Positions 50,924 to 53,766 of a stretch of 53,766 bases of DNA are shown here, one piece after another (the first letter of the stretch is position 1; each line of letters opens with the position of its first letter). Origin of the DNA: a virus (lineage: Duplodnaviria; Caudoviricetes); the IMG/VR virus record IMGVR_UViG_3300045125_000094, positions 1 through 53,766 of that record; one strand, 5' to 3'. The notes beneath the pieces are model-generated. The model did no database searches. It was not told where the DNA came from and saw nothing but the letters and a program-made list of their open reading frames with translations. The position numbers were made by a program, and so were the translations under genes.

Positions 50924-52067
50924 TCATGCTCGCATCGGCATGACGATGTATGTGGCGCTGACAGCGCTGGCCGCGATTGGCGCGAAGGCGTGAAATCGCA
51001 GCATATCTCCTTCTGCCTCGCAGGCCAAGAAGCGCGTCGTCCTCGATCAGCGCCAGCCCGTCCAGCAGATACTTTGCGTTGACGCCGACAGGTCATCTCG
51101 ATGTCGCTGTCGACGTCGATGATGCTCGTGCGGCGTCGCCGCTCTCGGTTGACGCCGAGACGCTGATCCGATTCGGTTGCAGCGCCAGCCGTAGTCCGTG
51201 AGACAGATGGTCCGCCATCAGCGCCACCCGCTGAGCCGCTGTCGCCAGCTGGCGCGCCGGGAATCGCAGCAGCCGCGTCGGCTCCTGGTTGAGACAGTCG
51301 CGTCGACGTTCGGGAACTGTCCTGGCGAGCAGTCGTGTCACCAGCACGCGCGAGGTCTTGTTTGTTCTGACGACCAGCCGGCCATCCCGTGTCAGCTGCT
51401 CGATTCTCACCAGATCTGTCGCGGTATCGATCAGGCGCGCAATCTCCGCCAATGCTTTGCGCGGCACCAGCACATCCATTGCGATATCGGGGGCAATCGC
51501 CGGCTGGTCTGGCGTGACAACGGCCTGTGACATTCGATGACCGTCGGTGGCGACCAGTCGCAGGCGTCCGTTCTTCGCTTCGAGCTTCGCGCCGTTGAGC
51601 GTGTAGCGAGACTCTTCCTCGGCTGATGGCGCACTGGACGTGACTGATCATCTCGCGCAGGATCTGCCCGGGCACCTCGACCACGGTCGACTCTGTCTTC
51701 AGATTCGGCATCTCCGGAAACGAATCAGGGTCGGTCGTCGCCAGCACGAATCGCGATTTCTGACAGGTAATCGTGGCGCGCTGCTCCGTGACTTCGATGG
51801 TGATCTCGGCCTCCGGCAGCGCCTTCACGATCTCCAGCAGTCGCTTGACAGGCAGACAGGCGGCGCCTGGTGCCACCACCTCGACTGTCAGCGGCGTCGA
51901 GAGCCAAATATCGAGATCTGTTGCGCGCAGCGTCACGATCTGAGGGCAGGGCACCGCGTCAAGGTGCACGTTGGCCAGTATGGGCAGCGATGGCTTTCTT
52001 CTCGGCCACCGAAGCCAGCGCGTGTCAGCTCGCGCAATAGTCCGGCACGGATCGCGATAATCTTCAT
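50924..52067 (-). CDS. dnaN: DNA polymerase III beta sliding clamp (many frameshifts)
   Basis: LPILANV, LRATDLD, FPEMP, EESRYTLNGA, LVATDGHR, VLVPRKAL, YIVMPMR across frames. Confidence 0.88.
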
Positions 52068-52069
52068 TT

Positions 52070-52302
52070 GCGTCCTTTCTATCTGAATGTTGGATTGAAA
52101 TTTGATTGCTGACAAACTCACCGCGCTCGTCGCAGATTCGCCACTGGTTGATGTTGCGCAGGCGTCGTACTCTCAGCGACTGTTCGTTGATTGTAACCTC
52201 AGCGTACGTAACACCATCAATCTCGACCTGATTGTGGACAGGCCGCTCAATGATTGTGCGACGATCAGTCGTCAGATCGATCTGAATTGATTGTTTTGGC
52301 AT
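52070..52302 (-). CDS. Small hypothetical protein (3' end uncertain)
   Basis: MPKQSIQIDL...AEVTINEQSLRVRRLRNINQW; resembles the 2709 and 3004 proteins. Confidence 0.5.
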
Positions 52303-52303
52303 C

Positions 52304-53001
52304 TCAGATCCTCGCCGTGACGATTTCTGACTGGTTCTGGTACTTGCCATCCCTGTCAGCGTAGGACGTAATGCAGGGCACCTGTGACGCAAAGAACTGT
52401 ACCTGCGCGATTCCTTCGCCGGCGTACACGCGCATGGGCAGCTCAGTCGCGTTCTTCAGCTCAATCACCAGCCGTCCGCGCCAGCCAGCTTCGAGCGGCG
52501 TCGTGTTGACGATCAGGCCGCACCGGGCATACGTCGATTTGCCGACGCAGACTCCGCAGACATTCACGGGGCAGATCGAACGTCTCGACCGTCAGGCCGA
52601 GAGCGTAGGCGTTCGGGTCAAGGGTGTAATAGGCGGAGCCGTTGGCAGCTCCGGGTCACGTCGAGATGGTGCAGCAGAGCTGACGTCGAACTCGTGCGGG
52701 TCGATCGTCGCGGTCATACTGCCAGACCGGCACTGAGACCATGACCGTCAAAATCACTTGCCCATTTGTGCTCCTGCTGAACAAAGACCCGCAGCCCCTC
52801 GTCGCTGAGCCGCACGTCGTAGCCGTGACTGCTGAGGCCGTAGCTGATCACCGACCGATGGCGGAATGGTGCGTCAGCCGCTGCGAGCTGGCGAATCTGC
52901 CGTGCGACAAACGGCTCGATAATCGGGTGCTGTTCGCGCAGCGAGCAGAGCTGATCGTCGGACAGTATCCCGACAGGGAGGGGTCGTTCATATTGCGGCA
53001 C
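52304..53001 (-). CDS. dcd: dCTP deaminase (frameshifted)
   Basis: [23 protein letters not shown]; [48 protein letters not shown]. Confidence 0.92.
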
Positions 53002-53075
53002 CTTTCTGGTTAAATTGCACCAATTTGGTATATCTGGTGCGTCTGATAATAGGTATTATGTTGTTTTGGTATCAA

Positions 53076-53675
53076 TTATACCACTTTGGTATCACTGGTC
53101 AGCAGGTGCAGCACGGTCGTCATGATGGTCGCGTGAACCTCTTCGACCGTGCCGTTACCGTCGGCCATCGCCATCGGCTCCGCGGTGTGACCGCTGACGA
53201 AGATCTCCCAGTAGCCCTGATGCACCCGACGCAGGTAATCGAGCTGGTCGTCGCTGACGGTCTCGCCGCGCTGCTCCAGCCGCTGCTTCGCCACCAGCGG
53301 GTCAGCGTACAGCCACACGTGCAGGGAGACCGGCAGATCCGATGTCGCGATCCGATTCAGCCGTCGCACGATTGACAGCTCGACGCCGCCGGCGTAGCCC
53401 TGATAGGCCATTGTTGACAGCGTGTAGCGATCGCACAGCACGATCTTTCCGGCATCGAGGGCCGGCCGAATGACCTTGTTTGTGTGCTCGTAGCGGTTGA
53501 CGGCGATCTTGCACGCGACCACGCCCGGCGGATCGTCCGGGGCGATCTCCATCTCCCAGGGCTCTGCCGTCGTCACTACACGATGACCGGCAGCCGTCAG
53601 CGCCTCCGCAGCCATTCGCAGCTGCGTCGACTTGCCGACGCCGTCGATTCCTTCAAATACGATCAGTTTACTCAA
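53076..53675 (-). CDS. tmk: Thymidylate kinase
   Basis: IVFEGIDGVGKSTQ, IRPALDAGKIVLCDRY..ST.AYQG. Confidence 0.93.
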   Translation of the reverse strand: MSKLIVFEGIDGVGKSTQLRMAAEALTAAGHRVVTTAEPWEMEIAPDDPPGVVACKIAVNRYEHTNKVIRPALDAGKIVLCDRYTLSTMAYQGYAGGVELSIVRRLNRIATSDLPVSLHVWLYADPLVAKQRLEQRGETVSDDQLDYLRRVHQGYWEIFVSGHTAEPMAMADGNGTVEEVHATIMTTVLHLLTSDTKVV

Positions 53676-53716
53676 GCGATCCTTTCTGGTGATTGAACAT
53701 CAATTGAACACCAATT

Positions 53717-53766
53717 GAACTTAAGGCATCTCCTTTGTTCATCTATTGCTACTCCGACTTGTTTCA
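53717..53766 (-). CRISPR. Degenerate terminal CRISPR repeat plus the first 14 nt of the junction-spanning spacer
   Basis: GAACTTAAGGCATCTCCTTTGTTCATCTATTGCTAC (53717-53752) matches the array repeat with several substitutions. Confidence 0.88.

Larger units (their letters stand above)
1..53766. mobile_element. Complete temperate phage genome (siphovirus-like), circular form
   Basis: All core modules present, intact attP, ends join within the CRISPR array, no host flanks. Confidence 0.85.

Noticed and set aside
50824-52392. 522-aa fusion protein containing part of DnaN
   Set aside because: Chimeric frame produced by indels; clamp motifs are spread over three frames and dnaN has its own RBS and ATG at 52067
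53761-53766. Terminal GTTTCA as the start of another repeat
   Set aside because: It would imply an 8-nt spacer, whereas joining to position 1 gives a normal 38-nt spacer; not fully excluded without reads
1-53766. Alternative genetic code (stop-codon reassignment) as the cause of broken genes
   Set aside because: Breaks require frame changes rather than read-through, and long genes such as the primase and portal are intact in the standard code

Overview
This window reads as the complete, circularly permuted genome (~53.8 kb) of a temperate, siphovirus-like phage. The two ends join inside a CRISPR spacer, and an intact attP (3' half of tRNA-Pro(TGG) with flanking arm-like repeats) lies near a tyrosine integrase. 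Modules: (i) a leftward arm with a PD-(D/E)xK nuclease, a compact ~508-aa Cas12m-like (type V-M/V-U1-like) effector directly followed by a 12-repeat CRISPR array with no cas1/2/4, then (across the junction) tmk, dcd and a dnaN sliding clamp; (ii) attP, integrase and a divergent pair of ribbon-helix-helix regulators; (iii) replication genes (Gp3-like protein, SF2 helicase, P4-type primase-helicase) and an iteron-rich origin; (iv) lysis, tail-fibre-like genes, MuF with a C-terminal HExxH metallopeptidase, terminase, portal, capsid, tail, and a gpL-like protein fused to tandem beta-helix domains; (v) small early genes behind strong sigma70-like promoters. The main highlight is the phage-borne mini Cas12m-like system: it appears to keep a full D-E-D RuvC triad, and several spacers translate into primase/helicase-like motifs, suggesting defence against rival mobile elements. 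Most long genes, including essential ones, carry 1-nt frameshifts, most likely uncorrected long-read errors, so reconstructed boundaries are approximate. All family calls come from motif recognition by eye; no database searches were run.
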